DNA of 64,000 nt from Anolis carolinensis (Eukaryota), in contig NC_085841.1 of assembly GCF_035594765.1 (NCBI RefSeq), forward strand, positions 167,447,574 through 167,511,573, given 5' to 3'. Under the pieces are notes generated by a model. That model saw only the letters and a program-made list of their open reading frames with translations. It was not told where the DNA came from and searched no databases. The position numbers and the translations under genes were made by a program. Shown here one piece after another: positions 12,267 through 26,106 of the stretch (positions are counted from its first letter, which is position 1; each line of letters begins with the position of its first letter).

Positions 12267-12544
12267 GTGTGTGTGTGCTTTCAATCTGCCTTTCAAATTA
12301 TTATGACTCCATGAATTTTATAGTGTTTTGTTACAGAAGGAATCCTCAGAGGTGGTTTTGCCAGTTCCTTCCTCTAAAATATAGCCTATAGCACCTGGCA
12401 TTTGCTGTTGGTCTCCCACACAAGTCCCCAAGGAGAAATAGGGCGGGATATAAATAAAGTTTATTATTGTTGTTGTTATTATTACCTAGTTCTGATTATG
12501 CTTAGCATCCAGGATTAGATGGGATCTTGTATCTTTAGGATATT
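12267..12544 (-). mobile_element. 5S rRNA-derived SINE (SINE3) with BovB-like body and tail
   Basis: Minus strand gatcccatctaatcctggatgctaagca...tgggagacc...atgccaggtgctataggct matches 5S rRNA; (CA)n tail; TAGACCA flanks both ends. Confidence 0.8.
12426..12483 (+). mobile_element. L2-type 3' tail fragment inserted in the 5S SINE
   Basis: ggagaaatagggcgggatataaataaag followed by a (tta/ttg)n tail, as in the L2 ends at 48040 and 26733. Confidence 0.6.
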
Positions 12545-12690
12545 TAGACCACTACAAAGGGTTATTTCAAGCAGTATTTGCAGATCTGGTTGCATACTTC
12601 ATATAATGAGTTAAAATTGGTAGTTTATTTTAATTTTGCCATATGTTTGTAATGAAAAAATACTATTATTTAAATAAACACATTTTATTC

Positions 12691-13017
12691 CTGCAGTGGT
12701 GGCACAGTAGGTTAAACTGCTAAGCTGCAGCATTTGCTGACCAGAAAGTTGGGGGTTTGAATCTGTGGGATGGGGTGAACTCGCGTTGTTAGCCCCAGCT
12801 TCTGCCAACCTAGCAGTTCGAAAACATGCAAATGTGAGTAGATCAGGAGGTACCACTTCGGCAGGAAGGTAACGCCACTCCATGCAGTTATGCCAGCCAC
12901 ATGATCGAGGAGGTGTCTATGGACAACGCTGGCTCTTTGCCTCAGAAATGGAGATGAGCACCAACCCCCAGAGTCAGACACGACTAGACTTAATATCAGG
13001 GGGAAACCTTTACCTTT
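12691..13017 (+). mobile_element. Sauria SINE
   Basis: tRNA-like head, cttctgccaacctagcagttcgaaaacatgcaaatg core, (ACCTTT)n tail. Confidence 0.93.
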
Positions 13018-15206
13018 TTATTTATGCAATAACTAATGCATAAAAGTTGATTAATCAAAACTGTCCAGAAGCGAAATTGTGTTGATTGAGGCCCATTCTT
13101 TATTTCTCTTAAATTAATAAATGGAAATGAAACAGCCTCAACATCATCCACCTCTCTTTTGCTTTTGTTGTATTCTATTTGACAGGTTAAATTCTCTAAG
13201 GGAGATATTGGCCACACCCTGTTCAACCACAATATTACCAATATAGCTTCCAGCTTTTAGTTATTGCTGCTCTAGAAGCTGTCCACAAAAGCTTTGGTAC
13301 AATAGGAATTGCATCAATAACTTGTGCTCTGCATATAAAATAAAGAGTTAAAATACATTAAAAATCATAAGTTTCAAAGATACTACCTGAGGAACAGAAA
13401 ATGTTTTTTAAAAAATAAAGCTCAAATGCTGCTGACTGACTGAAAGTAAACAAAATCTAGACTCCATGTATCTGGAGAAAAAAACATGACACGTATTGCT
13501 TGAGAGATTGGTTACTAGATCTATCAAAATATTTTTTTCTCCTAAAAGAACATGATTTGGGAAAGAGAAATTGAATCAGGGCTCCGGCATGCAATGAGAG
13601 GTGTAACCATTTATCCCTTTGCACCATTGGATTCCATATGGAGGATAAAACATTTAGATACATCACAAGTCTTTGCATATATATTTTAATAATGTGTTTT
13701 ATTATCTGTGCTTATTGGAGTTTTTCGGATGGATGGGAAGGTGATTTTGCACTGGAAAACTGTCAAAGGGACAGAGAGACTAAATCCAAAATTGTCCTTT
13801 GGGAGATCCATGCACAGATCACTTGTGTGATATGTAGTTCCTTTGACCAAAGAAGTACATACTGAGCTTTGGAATTATAAAGATACAGAATTTGAATACA
13901 AGTAGATTTTATGGTAATGGCATGCTTGGCAATTACCTCCAAAAGGCCTATCATGTTATATTGTGAAAGCTACGATAAAATATCCATTTCTGTAGACTGA
14001 GTGAGAGTGTGTGGAGATGAAAGTGCCTCCACCTTATTCTAATTTTTAGAAGAGATTAAAAAAAAAGAAGGAAAAAAGAAATCTGGCTGCCTGTTCATTG
14101 TAAAGAATACTTTGAAAAATGAACATAGGAGGAAAAAACCTTAGAAATATTGCAGAACAAAGGCTTGCAGACAGAAACTTTGCATGACAATAGTATTGTG
14201 AACTGAATATTTTCATACATGGCTGGAGAACATTGCTGGATTGTTCTTTGTAGAAGCTTTTGTCTCATGGTATTTTTGAGCCTTTCACAAGTAATATGAT
14301 ATTGCAGTTCCATAAGAGACTATCCACCGAAGAGTAGAAATAAAACTCAGGCTTTCCACAAAGAGAAATGCTTCATATTTGAAAGAGTGAAACAGAATAC
14401 AATGCCTGCACTTAGCTATTGACTTTCCAAGCTCTGAAGGCTGTTATTGTCCCCAGAACTGTCACTCAGAACCCAAAATTTAACTCTTCAGAGAAGGAAA
14501 CAATATTGGTCTAGGCTAGAAGCAAGAAGAATTTTGTAAACATAAGAAACAGATGAGAAATCAAGACATCTGCTATTATTCATTTATTATCATTTATTAA
14601 AGTCTCTTGTTAGTCATGTTTTGAGCACTCAAACCTGGATATAAAAACATAAAACAAATAAAATTTTAGTAAAACTTCAATGTAAAGAGCATTAAAATAA
14701 AAACTAACCACTTAGGAAAAAGCCAATAAAGATGGCTTAATTAAAAGTAGTTTTTTTTCCAGAACTTCAGAAAAACCTATGGGAAAAACTATATCTCTTC
14801 CCACATCCTCCTCCTCTCTACCCACCCCATCCATCCACTCTCCCATCTGTGTTCACCAGCAGGTGGTATTTAAAGCCAAACTGACTTTAGCACTGATGAT
14901 GCTATAATTAAATAGCCACCATTGATAGCATAATTCTCCAGGAATTTGTCTAACCTTTTTTCAAATCCATCCCTGGTAGTCTTCCTGTGTAGCACATGTA
15001 GCCACTGATTCAGTCAACTTGACAATATGGAGAACGGATCAAAAGCAGTCTGCAGCCAAGGACAGTAAGTGAGGTGAAATCTTCAGAACAGGGGCACAGA
15101 GAGCAAAACAAACACTACATGGGGTATCAGTGCTTCTCTATGCTATCCATTTCTTTCTCTCTCTTTCCCTCTCCCTCTCCCTCTCTTTCCCCTTCTGCAC
15201 AGCCAT

Positions 15207-15521
15207 AAGGTAAAGGTAAAGGTTTCCTCTGACATTAAGTCTAGTCATGTCCGACTCTCTGGTTGGGGCTCATCTCCATTTCTAAGCTGAAGAGCTGGCA
15301 TTGTACGTAGATGCCTCCAAGGTCATGTGGCCAGCATGACTGCATGGAGCGCTGTTACCTTACCATGATCTACTTACATTTGCATGTTTTCGAACTGCTA
15401 GGTTGGCAGAAGCTGGGGCTAACAGTGGGAGCTCATCCAACTCCCCGGATTTGAACCGCCAAACTTTCAGTCAGCAAGTTCAGCAGCTCAGTGGTTTAAT
15501 CTGCTGTGCCACCGGGAGCTC
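15207..15521 (-). mobile_element. Sauria SINE
   Basis: (aaaggt)n tail; reverse complement of the 12691 copy. Confidence 0.93.
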
Positions 15522-16079
15522 AACCCAGAATATCATGACAAATAATTCACAATATCTGCTTTGATAATAATCCAGTTCAATGTGGATTTTATACAGCTGT
15601 GTGGAAGCCCCCCCCCCCCCGAAGTTAAACTCAAAAATGTCCTTGTTCTGATTTACATAAACATTTAACATAAGAACAAACCCACAGATCCTATCTTGTT
15701 CATAACTTGGGGACTGCCTATAATAGGTAAAAAAAACTCTCATCTGGCCACAATTTCCAAACACAAATGTAGCCCAGAGTGAGGCATTGATAAAGAGCTG
15801 GATGGCACAGAGAGCATTGGATGGGTGCTTATGGTTGTGATAATCCAAACATGTTGCTTTTTCCAAGATCTGATCTTATTGCATATTGATGAAACCTCAC
15901 TTCAGAACTATGGATCATGTGTCCAGTAACTTTCTGCATTGTCAAAATCAACAGTTATCTTTGCTGAACTCTCCCATCTAGTACCAAAGGATTGAATCAA
16001 GTGGAGGGAATTGTCCCATTCCCCAATCCTGATTGCCTCAGATGAGTCCTTGGCATTGGGGAAAGGACTATTTTTGTTA

Positions 16080-16218
16080 AAAGATAAAGGTATAGGTTTT
16101 CCCCTGACATTAAGTCTAGTCGTTTCCAACTCTGTGGGTTGGTGTTCATCTCCATTTCTAAGCCGAAGAGCCGGCATTGTCTATAGACGCTTTCAAGGTC
16201 ATGTGGCTGGCATGACTA
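16080..16218 (-). mobile_element. Sauria SINE, 5'-truncated
   Basis: 3' third of the SINE with tail. Confidence 0.88.
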
Positions 16219-17299
16219 TATTTTTGTTATAAATCGTATGCAAAAATGTTCGGAGGGAATTTGGTGATATAATCAGCTCTGGTGATTTTAAAAGGCTTTC
16301 AGTGAACCAAAATATAGTGAACAAATACACAAAGTGTTTGGCTTTGACAGTCATTTGTGGGTTTCTAAATGACAAATTATTCACCTTTATTTTAATAGCA
16401 ACAGGTATTTTCACAAAAGGATTTGCATGTAGGTTTTCCTATTTGCTGTTCCCTGTTGAAAATTTAGTTAAACATGAAATGTAAGCAGAATAAATACCTG
16501 TTAAATGTCAGGCCTATTTTGTAAAAATGAGGCAAATGAAGAAATATACGGCAATGATTGTGTGCATGTGCTATTTTTATTTTAAGAAACTCATAACGTT
16601 TTTACTTGCCATCATTACAACTCGAAAAGCAATTCACTTTTTTAAAAGACTGCTTTGGATTATAATAGCAATTCCCATTCATTGCTCTGTTCATTTCATT
16701 TTGTTTCAAATTGGATGCCTACCGCTGAGCAAGAAGGTCATAGATTGCATTTCCAGCTTCAGGTGATCCCACTGGACTCCCTGCAGTGTTTTCAAGTATA
16801 ATAAAAAAGGTATTGAAGTAGAATGTATGTGTTGCTGCAGCAGATGATAATATGAAAATGTCTAAATTAAGGAATGCATTGGATATGCTTGGAATTCAGA
16901 ATTTATTTTCTTTGGTGATGCTCTACTGTATCATGATTCCAGTTAGGCTAAAGCAGAATTGTACCTTTCCTACAAAGTGAAATCACCTGTTCAGTCATCT
17001 CCTTCTCTTGACGTGTGTAAACTGTAAGTGCTAATGTTGTCACTTCCGCTCTTGGAATAAATGTAATGCTTAGGTGGATAAGCTTTGGAAGCAGGAAATA
17101 TGCAGTTCTCAACCATTTTTAAATCTCATGTTTCTTCCTGCATTATTTATGTATGTGGGTGTTAATGAGTCTTAACATAGCAAACTCTGACTGGAATGCT
17201 GTTGGTGAACTATGCTTACCATTATACTTTTCCTTTTGTTGCACAGCAATGACAAGGGAAGGCAGACAATATCTTGTTGTTAACTGCCATCAAATCAAC

Positions 17300-19200
17300 T
17301 TCAATGTAGGGTGGCTCTGTTATCGACAGCTCAGCTGAGGTTCTGCAGACTCGGAACTGTGGCTCCCTTTCCTGAGTCTATCCATCTATCCAATGCTATC
17401 TTCCTCTTTTCCTACTGCCTTCTGCCTTAGCAAGCTCTGTTGTCTTTTCTATTGAGTCCTGTCTTCTCATGTATGGTAAAAGTATGGCAATCTCAGTTTA
17501 GTCATCTTGGCTATTACAGAGAGTTCAGATCCACACCTTTCATTATCTACACAGAGGACAGACATTTTCTTCTAAAATTCTTTTATACATTCTATTAATA
17601 AAAGTATGTGTACAATATGGTTCGTAGTGCCTCTCTTGTCCTGAATACAGCAGAGATATCTGGCATTTCTGCTCCATATAAGATAAAAGTTTTTGTTGTA
17701 GAATTTTGAGCACGAATCCATCATCCTTTAATCTCTTTTCTATAGTTATATAGTTTCCCCCCTTATTCATTTGTATTTAGCCATGGAATACATTCCCCTC
17801 CCCTATTTGTCACTGTGTGTTTCCACTTTTGGTTTAAATTTTGATTTCTCTGATTTTCTAGAATAGGCTGCTTATTCAGCTTTTTTATTGTTATCTTCTG
17901 TTTCTCTGCATTGGTAATTATTATAGTAGTTCTCTTTGCCCATGTATACAGTACAAGTAGTTGAACAGTGGCATTCAGGGTTCCAGCTCTTTTTCTGTCA
18001 CTTTTTCCTTTTGTTTCTCACCTGTCCTTTAAAGTTTGGAATGTCGTCCATTGAGGCTTCTCTTTGTTTTTGGCTTCAGATAGTATATTTATCTGCATTC
18101 CTTCCTGACAGTGTTCCTGGCTTCAAATCAGAATTTTCTTGCTTCCAATCAATTAGCCTTAATAGTACAAATCTAATTTATATTAAATTATGTGGTAATT
18201 TTCTTTGGGCTATATTTTTGGTGCTATTGTTGTTTTGGTGTTCTTTGTAAGCTTTACTCTAATTTTTTTATGGTTTGTGCCACAATGGGCTCCTGGTTTT
18301 ATTTTTTCAAGGAAAATTCAGCTTCCCCATGTTCTGCTTCCACTTATGTAGCCTGCTTGATTTCTATCTTGGTAATGTCCATGAATACAGACACCTTTTT
18401 TGCTGCTTGAAAAATATATTTGGAATTAAAAATACTGTTGGCCTCACAAAACACAATCAGTTGCTCTCTTGTTTTATTTCTTGATCCTAAGCCGATTTTT
18501 CCTACAATCTTTGATTTTGCTGTGCTTTCTAGTTCTGCATTCAAATTGACTATGGTTAACAAGAAGTCTTGGTTTTGTGTGTGATCAATTTCCTCCTGAA
18601 TTCTATGACAGAATCTTTCATTTTTTCCTTCTTCTTCCTAAGTATTGGGTGATAAATTTAGATTATGGTTTTATTGATGGGTTTTCCTCAGTTATTTACA
18701 TTATTTCCTTTATATCCTTTGACTGATTTTGCTACATCAGTTTTCATCAATTATGGCACCTCATTTATACTTGATTTTTTATTTTCTGAGTAAAATAATG
18801 TGAAATTATTTGGCTCAAAATATTCACTATCTGTCCACTTTAGCTCTCTCAGCACCAATATTGCAATGTTTATATGTTCAATTTCTTATTTTACGTTTTC
18901 TAGCTTCATTTGATCGATGCTTCTCACATTTCATGTATTTATAGTATGTGTTGAGTATCATTGTACTTTCCTTTCTCCTGTGATCACGTCAACAGCTCAC
19001 TGTCCTTTCAACTTGTTCAGTTGTGTCATTAGCCAGACTGCTAATGTCCTCTGCTCTTCTAATTAAGTGCCATCTGATCTGGGAGTGTCATCTTCTGACA
19101 CTATTTCTTGTTTCATTTAGGATTTTCATAGGGTTTTCATAGCAAAAGACATCCAGAAGAGGTTTATTGTGTCTCTTTTTGCACGGTGCCTCTGAGAGAT
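17300..19200 (-). mobile_element. Old, highly degraded RTE/BovB-like LINE with the RT domain deleted
   Basis: ORF 18344-18562 (IVGKIGLGSRNKTREQLIVFCEANSIF) parallels the BovB endonuclease at 23718 (ITGKHGLGQPNKAGCRLIEFCQENSM); 3'-end homology at ~17370-17510; 5'UTR-like sequence at ~19080-19180. Confidence 0.8.
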
Positions 19201-22200
19201 TCTTTCTCAGTATCACCCCAGTAGCTGTTTGGCACATTTAGTCTACTTCCTAAGCAAAAGCTTGTCTGATGGGAGAGTCCCATTATAGTATACCAATAGA
19301 ATTCAAGCATATCTGTCCATCCATGCCAACTTTTCCCAGCTGGTGCCCTTTGGACATTTTGAGATAATGATTTCCATCATCCCGTGTCATAATGGCTGCT
19401 AGAAAAGATTAATTTTATAGTTAGTAATGCAGTTGAGTTTGTTTGAGTTGTTTTTTCTTTGATTTGACTTTTCAGTTTCTGATATATGGATTGCCACTTG
19501 GCTGTTAATAATTTACATTTTATTGGTCCATCTGATTTTCCAGAACCAATGAATATAATGAGATTCTCGTCAAACAAAATGTCCAGGGGCTTCCTCCTTT
19601 CTTTCCTAATGCAGATTGTCTTCCAAAACACCTTGTCAATTAAGGGACTGTGTGGTTCTTATAATGTTAATTTCTAGAAGAGAGGGCAGGGAGAGGGGGG
19701 GGGGGCAGGATGATTGAAGCCCCTTCTTCTGGAGGCAGCAGCACTCATCCCTTACCCTGACCCTGACCCTGACCAGAAAGCAACAGTGTATTAGATTACT
19801 GTCAGTAGTCCAATACAAGTAAAATGAGCCCCAAATGTTATAAAGATTCAAACATATGTCTCATACACAAAAAAGCAGCCACATTAATGGGATGGCCTAT
19901 GAAACAGCCTAAAAGTCCCAATTCAAGCTTTCTGTTGCCTAAGTTGCCTACACCAGCACAGCAAAAGGTAATTAAAACCCGTGACAAAACCAGACTTTAT
20001 TTCAAAGGTGATACCAGTAATACTACAATGCTTATTTCCTGCATCTATCTGAATCTTTCCCTCCACTTTCCTTCCAGGAACTATATTGCCATCCTCTTTG
20101 TGATTTTTATAGATGTACATCTGTGGATGCCTTCATAGTCAAATGAAACTTAACGGTTATTGCATCATTTCTGTGTTCTGCACATTATGTTAAATCGTTG
20201 TTATTAAATAAATATTTGTTTTCAATTGCTCTTAAAGTTTATACCACCTGATTCTCATAGGCATTTTAGACTGTTGGCGATTGTTAAAAAATCCAATTGA
20301 ATACTTGCAACCACATCAACTAAAGTGTGCATTCTTTGCATCCAATATAATAATGAGAAACACATTTGAACAAAAAGTGATTTAATTCTCTGCTGCTATG
20401 TTATATCAGAATAGAAGTTACAGCTGTACTCTAGATAGCGGGGGTGATATTTCCTTGAATAGCAAAAGTTTATGTTGTCATTATTAACTTTATCCTGCAT
20501 GTTTATCCTGCATGTCTTCCAGGGCATGTGTTCGAGATGGCATAGTTGTGGATTCATTCCTTAGCAGAGGCGTGAGTTTGGCTTTCCAAGATCACATTCC
20601 ACCATACAGACTATTGTGTACATTTTCTCTCTATTGAAGTTATATCAGGATATTGCTTGCTTTGTATCGTTCGTTGATAACTGAAGGCAGTGGCTTCCAT
20701 AGTGTGACCCAGGGCTGCATCCAGTCTTGTGTAATGAGTTTCTGATCATCTGTTACTGCCCTCTCTCACAAAAACAACCCCACCAAAAAAACAAAAAAAC
20801 AAAACAAAAAACAACCCAAACAGCCCAGTTCCTGCATTGTCCAAAGCTTTGTTCAAGGTGACAGTTACCCTGAGTATTTTATTCTAATTGTAGTACAGAG
20901 AATGAATATTTCCCCAACAGTAGATATTTTCCTCTACAAAAGACATGTTATGTGATTATCTTCTGACACAAGCTGCCTAGTCAAATCTTGTTTCAGTATG
21001 CAATACTCCACCCCGCCTCCCCCACTTTTTAAAGGTATATTTGTTCAGAATGTTAATTTGTTCAATATTGCTTTCCTGAAACCGGCTTTCAAGGCTGCAG
21101 CAGTTTTCCCATAATGACATGAGCCCTGATGTTTGCTCATGCATAGTCTGTTTCCATTCATTTCATTCACATCTGATAAACAAGGCTTTGAAGTTAAAAG
21201 ATGCTTTGTGCATCAAGATGGTTTTACAGGCACTATCATCAACCTCAGATTGTGATTAATGGCTGTGTTCAAACAAAATACCTCTGTTGCAATTCCTGTT
21301 GTCTGTTAGCATTTATACAATCGAAAGTAATTGGCAAGTTATCCCCCTCATGCAAACCTCTTTTTGTTTCTTTTTTGCGCAAGGACAGTCAGTAATAAGT
21401 GGTGTAAATAGAGCATCAGTATGTTACAATGAAAAGAAAAGCAGAGTTATTTTTAAATTGTTTCAGCCGCAAAGTGTACAAAGACCTTTATACATAAATT
21501 TGTTCCCTGTAGAATGATCTTCTGTCTCCAGTACATCAAGTCTCGATGCTGACATATCTTAAAGGTTTATTGAAAATACATATTTTTACCATGGCTCCCA
21601 GCTCCAACCTATTTAGAACTCTCTCTTATGTTGTATTATATGCTTTTCATTAGATTGGTTTACAGTGATGTTGCAGTTCACTTCAAGATTTGTGCAAACA
21701 GGAAGTGGAATATAAACAAACAAACCACAACAATCACCTTGTTTCACCTTTCCTAGAAGTAATTTCCATTTCTTGTGCTTCTGCAGCCTTCGTAACTGAC
21801 AGTGGCATTTTGAAAGCTGAATTTGATAAATGATCATTCAAATTATATACCCCAAAAGTGGAGGATGCCATTGCAAACTACAAGCATATAGCAAGAGCAC
21901 TGTTTGGGAAAATCTATGTGGAGTTAAGAGCTTTATGGCATCCAGGGAGTAAATGCATTAAAGTTGGCATTTGCTGTATTGCATGCATTTTCTGAAAATG
22001 GATACAGAGATTTATTTGGAAGCGAATCTTTTCACATAGGTTGGGTGTATTAATGGGTCTCTCTGTTCCCATTCATCAAGGCTATTGTTCTTGAGAAAGC
22101 TTAGCCAAAATACATGCAGGGCCTTGTGACCCAGCCCACTGTAGGAAATGCTGAAATCAACTCTTTGCTGACAGCTTCTGTTTCCCTAAATGTGATGGAT

Positions 22201-22434
22201 GTGGAGAGGGACTGAGATAGATCCCATGTAAAAACAGCCATTCTGTCTTTCTCTAAACATGACAAATGGGATAGCTAGATGCAGGGGTACTAAAATGTGC
22301 TGTGCCTGGGTAAGCAAGTTTGCTCTTATCTGTATTGCTGATCTTTTGACATACCTTTCTCTTCCAGTCACTTTCTGACATAGTCCCCAGTGGGATTTAT
22401 TCACTAGTGGTTGTCTGATTAAGAAGCCCTAGAT

Positions 22435-22569
22435 CAGTGGTTCTCAACCTGTGGGTCCCCAGATGTTTTGGCCTTCAACTCTTAGAAATCCTAACAGCTG
22501 GTAAACTGGCTGGGATTTCTGGGAGTTGTAGACCAAAACACCTGGGGACCCACAGGTTGAGAACCACTG
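22435..22569 (+). mobile_element. hAT hairpin MITE, copy 2
   Basis: TIR cagtggttctcaacc; TSD CCCTAGAT/CCCTTGAA. Confidence 0.92.
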
Positions 22570-22594
22570 CCCTTGAATTGTCTATCAGTAGCAG

Positions 22595-22690
22595 GAATCA
22601 TAGAATAGAATCATAGAGTTGGAGGAGACCAGCGGGCCATCCAGTCCAGCCCCCTGCCAAAAAGCAGGAAAATACAATTCAAAGCATTCA
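22595..22690 (-). mobile_element. CR1 3'-end fragment
   Basis: (catagaat)n is the reverse complement of the ATTCTATG tail; adjacent sequence matches the CR1 3'UTR at 44270-44336. Confidence 0.8.
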
Positions 22691-22908
22691 AAGGAGAAAT
22701 TAAGTACTGTATTTATTTTTGTGAAGATAATGTGCCAACTTGCACACCAGCAGACTGACTGGGCTAGAGTTAGTCCTTTCACACTGCATCAAAGTGATTT
22801 CCAGGTCTTGTGTTACATGTGTGGTATTTCTTATTGGGGGATGTTCTTCTGCTAAACAGATGGCAGCTTGGACCCAGGCCTTCATTTTAACAGATGGTAG
22901 CTTAGATC

Positions 22909-25900
22909 ATCTCCAGCTTGGATCGTTACCTTGACGTGGTGCTGGGGCTTGAGTGCCTCGATGAAGCCATGAGCTTTACCGTGCAGGGCCACCCAAGATG
23001 GGAAGGTCATGGCAGAGAGTTCAGACCAAGCACGATCCCTGGGGAAGGTAACAGCAACCCACCCCAGTATTCTTGCCATTAAAACTATATGGATCAGTAC
23101 AACCAGAGAAATGTTGGTATACCATCGGAAGATAGGACCCCCAGGTCAGAAGATGGTCAAAATGCTACTGGGGAGGAGCAGAGGACTAGTTCAAGTAGCC
23201 CCAGATGTGATGACGCAGTTAGCTCAAAGCCGAAAGGAAGGCTAATGGCCGATGGTGCTGGAGGTGAACAATGAATCCGATGTTCTAAAGATCAACACAC
23301 TATAGGAACCTGGAATGTACGATCTTTGAGCCAGGGCAAACTGGACGTGGTTATCGATGAGATGTCAAGATTAAAGATAGACATTCTGGGAGTCAGTGAA
23401 CTGAAATGGTCCGGAATGGGCCACTTCACAAAAGATGATCACCAAATCTACTACTGTGGACAAGAGGAACACCGAAGAAATGGAGTAGCCTTCATAGTTA
23501 ATAATAAAGTTGCGAAAGCAGTGATTGGATACAACCCAAAAAATGATAGAATGATCTCAATTCGAGTTCAAGGCAAGCCGTGTAACATCACAGTGATCCA
23601 AATATCACAGCTGCTGAAGAAGCAGAATTAGACCAGTTCTATGAGGATCTGCAGCACCTACTGGATTACACACCAAAAAGAGACATTATTCTCATTACAG
23701 GAGATTGGAATGCTAAGGTGGGCAGTCAAACGACAACCGGGATCACAGGCAAGCATGGTCTGGGACAACCAAACAAAGCAGGATGTAGGCTGATAGAATT
23801 TTGCCAGGAAAACTCAATGTGCATAACAAACACTCTCTTCCAACAACCTAAAAGACGGCTTTACACATGGACTTCACCAGATGGTCAACACCAAAATCAG
23901 ATTGACTACATCCTTTGCAGCCAAAGGTGGCAGACATCCATCCAGTCGGTGAAAACAAGACCTGGAGCTGACTGTAGTTCAGATTACAAACTTCTTATTA
24001 CAAAATTGAGAATCAGATTAAAGAGAATGGGGAAAGTACACAGACCAATTAGATAGGATCTCACAAATATTCCCAGTGAATATGCAGTGGAGGTGAAGAA
24101 TAGATTTCAGGGACTAGATTTAATAAATAGAGTCCCAGAAGAACTATGGACAGAAGTCCACAACATTGTTCAGGAGGCAGCAACAAAGTATGTCCCAAAG
24201 AAAAAGAAAACCAAGAAGGCAAGATGGTTGTCTGTTGAGACACTGGAAGTAGCCCAAGAAAGAAGGAAGGCAAAAGGAAACAGCGATAGGGGGAGATACA
24301 CCAAATTAAATGCACAATTCCAGAGGTTAGCCAGGAGAGACAAGGAACTATTCTTGAACAAGCAATGCATGGAAGTGGAAGAAGACAATAGGATAGGAAG
24401 GACAAGAGATCTCGTCCAGAAAATCAGAAACATCGGAGGCAAATTTCAGGGAAAAATGGCCATGATCAAAAACAAAGATGGCAGCGACCTAACAGAAGCT
24501 GAAGAGATCAAGAATAGGTGGTGAGAATATACAGAAGATCTGTATAGGAAGGATAATAATATAGAGGATAGCTTTGATGGTGTGGTGACACCAGACATCC
24601 TGAGGAGTGAGGTTGAATGGGCCTTAAGAAGCATTGCTAACAACAAGGCAGCAGGAGATGACGGGATCCCAGCTGAGCTGTTTAAAATCTTGGAAGGTGA
24701 TGTTGTCAAGGTGATGCATGCCATATGCCAGCAAATATGGAAAACACAAGATTGGCCATCAGATTGGAAAAAATAAATTTATATCCCCATACCAAAAAAG
24801 GGAAATGATAAAGAATGCTCAAACTTCCGTACAGTGGCACTTATTTCCCATGCCAGTAAGGTAATGCTCAAGATCCTGCAAGGCAGACTCCAGCAATACA
24901 TGGAGCGAGAGTTGCCAAATGTCCAAGCTGGGTTTAGAAAAGGCAGAGGAACGAGAGACCAAATTGCCAACATCCGCTGGATAATGGAAGAAGCCAGGGA
25001 GTTTCAGAAAAACATCTACTTCTGCTTTATTGACTATTCTAAAGCCTTCGACTGTGTGGATCATAATAAACTGTGGCATATTCTTGGTGGTATGGGGATA
25101 CCAAGTCACCTTGTCTCTCTCCTGAGAAATCTGTATAAAGACCAAGTAGCCACAGTAAGAACAGATCACGGAACAAGAGACTGGTTCAAGATTGGGAAAG
25201 GAGTATGGCAGGGCTGTATACTTTCACCCTCCCTATTCAACGTGTATGCAAAACACATCATGCGACATGCGGGGCTTGAGGAATCTAAGGCTGGAGTTAA
25301 AATTGCTGGAAGAAACATTAACAGCCTTAGGTATGCAGATGATACCACTCTGATGACCGAAAGCGAGGAGGAGCTGAGGAGCCTTATCACCAAGGTGAAA
25401 GAAGAAAGTGCAAAAGCTGGGTTGCAGTTAAACGTCAAGAAAACCAAGATCATGGCAACTACACCTATTAATAACTGGCAAATAGAGGGAGAAAACATGG
25501 AGGCAGTGACAGACTTTATATTTCTAGGCGCGAAGATCACTGCAGATGCAGACTGCAGCCAGGAAATCAGAAGACTTCTTGGGAGGAGAGCAATGTCCAA
25601 CCTTGACAAAATAGTGAAGAGCAGAGACATCACATTGGCAACTAAGGTCCGCATAGTCAAAGCAATGGTATTCCCCATAGTAACCTATGGATGCGAGAGC
25701 TGGACCATAAGGAAGGCTGAGCGAAGGAAGATAGACGCTTTTGAACTCTGGTGCTGGAGGAAAATCCTGAGAGTGCCTTGGACTTCAAGAAGATCCAACC
25801 AGTCCATCCTCCAGGAAATAATGCCCGGCTGCTCACTGGAGGGAGGATATTAGAAGCAAAGCTGAAGTATTTTGGCTACATCATGAGGAGACAGGAAAGC

Positions 25901-26106
25901 TTGGAAAAGATCACGATGCTGGGGAAAATGGAAGGAAAAAGGAAGAGAGGCCGTCCAAGGGCAAGATGGATGGACAGTATCCTTGAAGTGACTGGGTTGA
26001 CCTTGAAGGAACTGGGGGCGGTGACGGCCGACAGGGAGCTCTGGCGTGGACCAGTACATGTGGTCACGAAGAGTCAGAGACAACTAAATGACTAAGCAGC
26101 AGCAGC
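22909..26106 (+). mobile_element. Full-length BovB (RTE clade) LINE, ~3.2 kb
   Basis: 10-bp TSD AGCTTAGATC (22899-22908, 26107-26116); (AGC)n tail; APE and RT domains. Confidence 0.97.
23089..26095 (+). pseudogene. BovB endonuclease/reverse transcriptase ORF, disrupted by stops and frameshifts
   Basis: GTWNVR, GVSELKW, GDWNA and IDYIL (APE); FIDYSKAFD, QGCILSP and RYADD (RT); premature stops at e.g. 23272, 24054, 24522. Confidence 0.95.

Noticed and set aside
12385-12550. 5S rRNA gene
   Set aside because: Diverged, interrupted and fused to a SINE body and tail.
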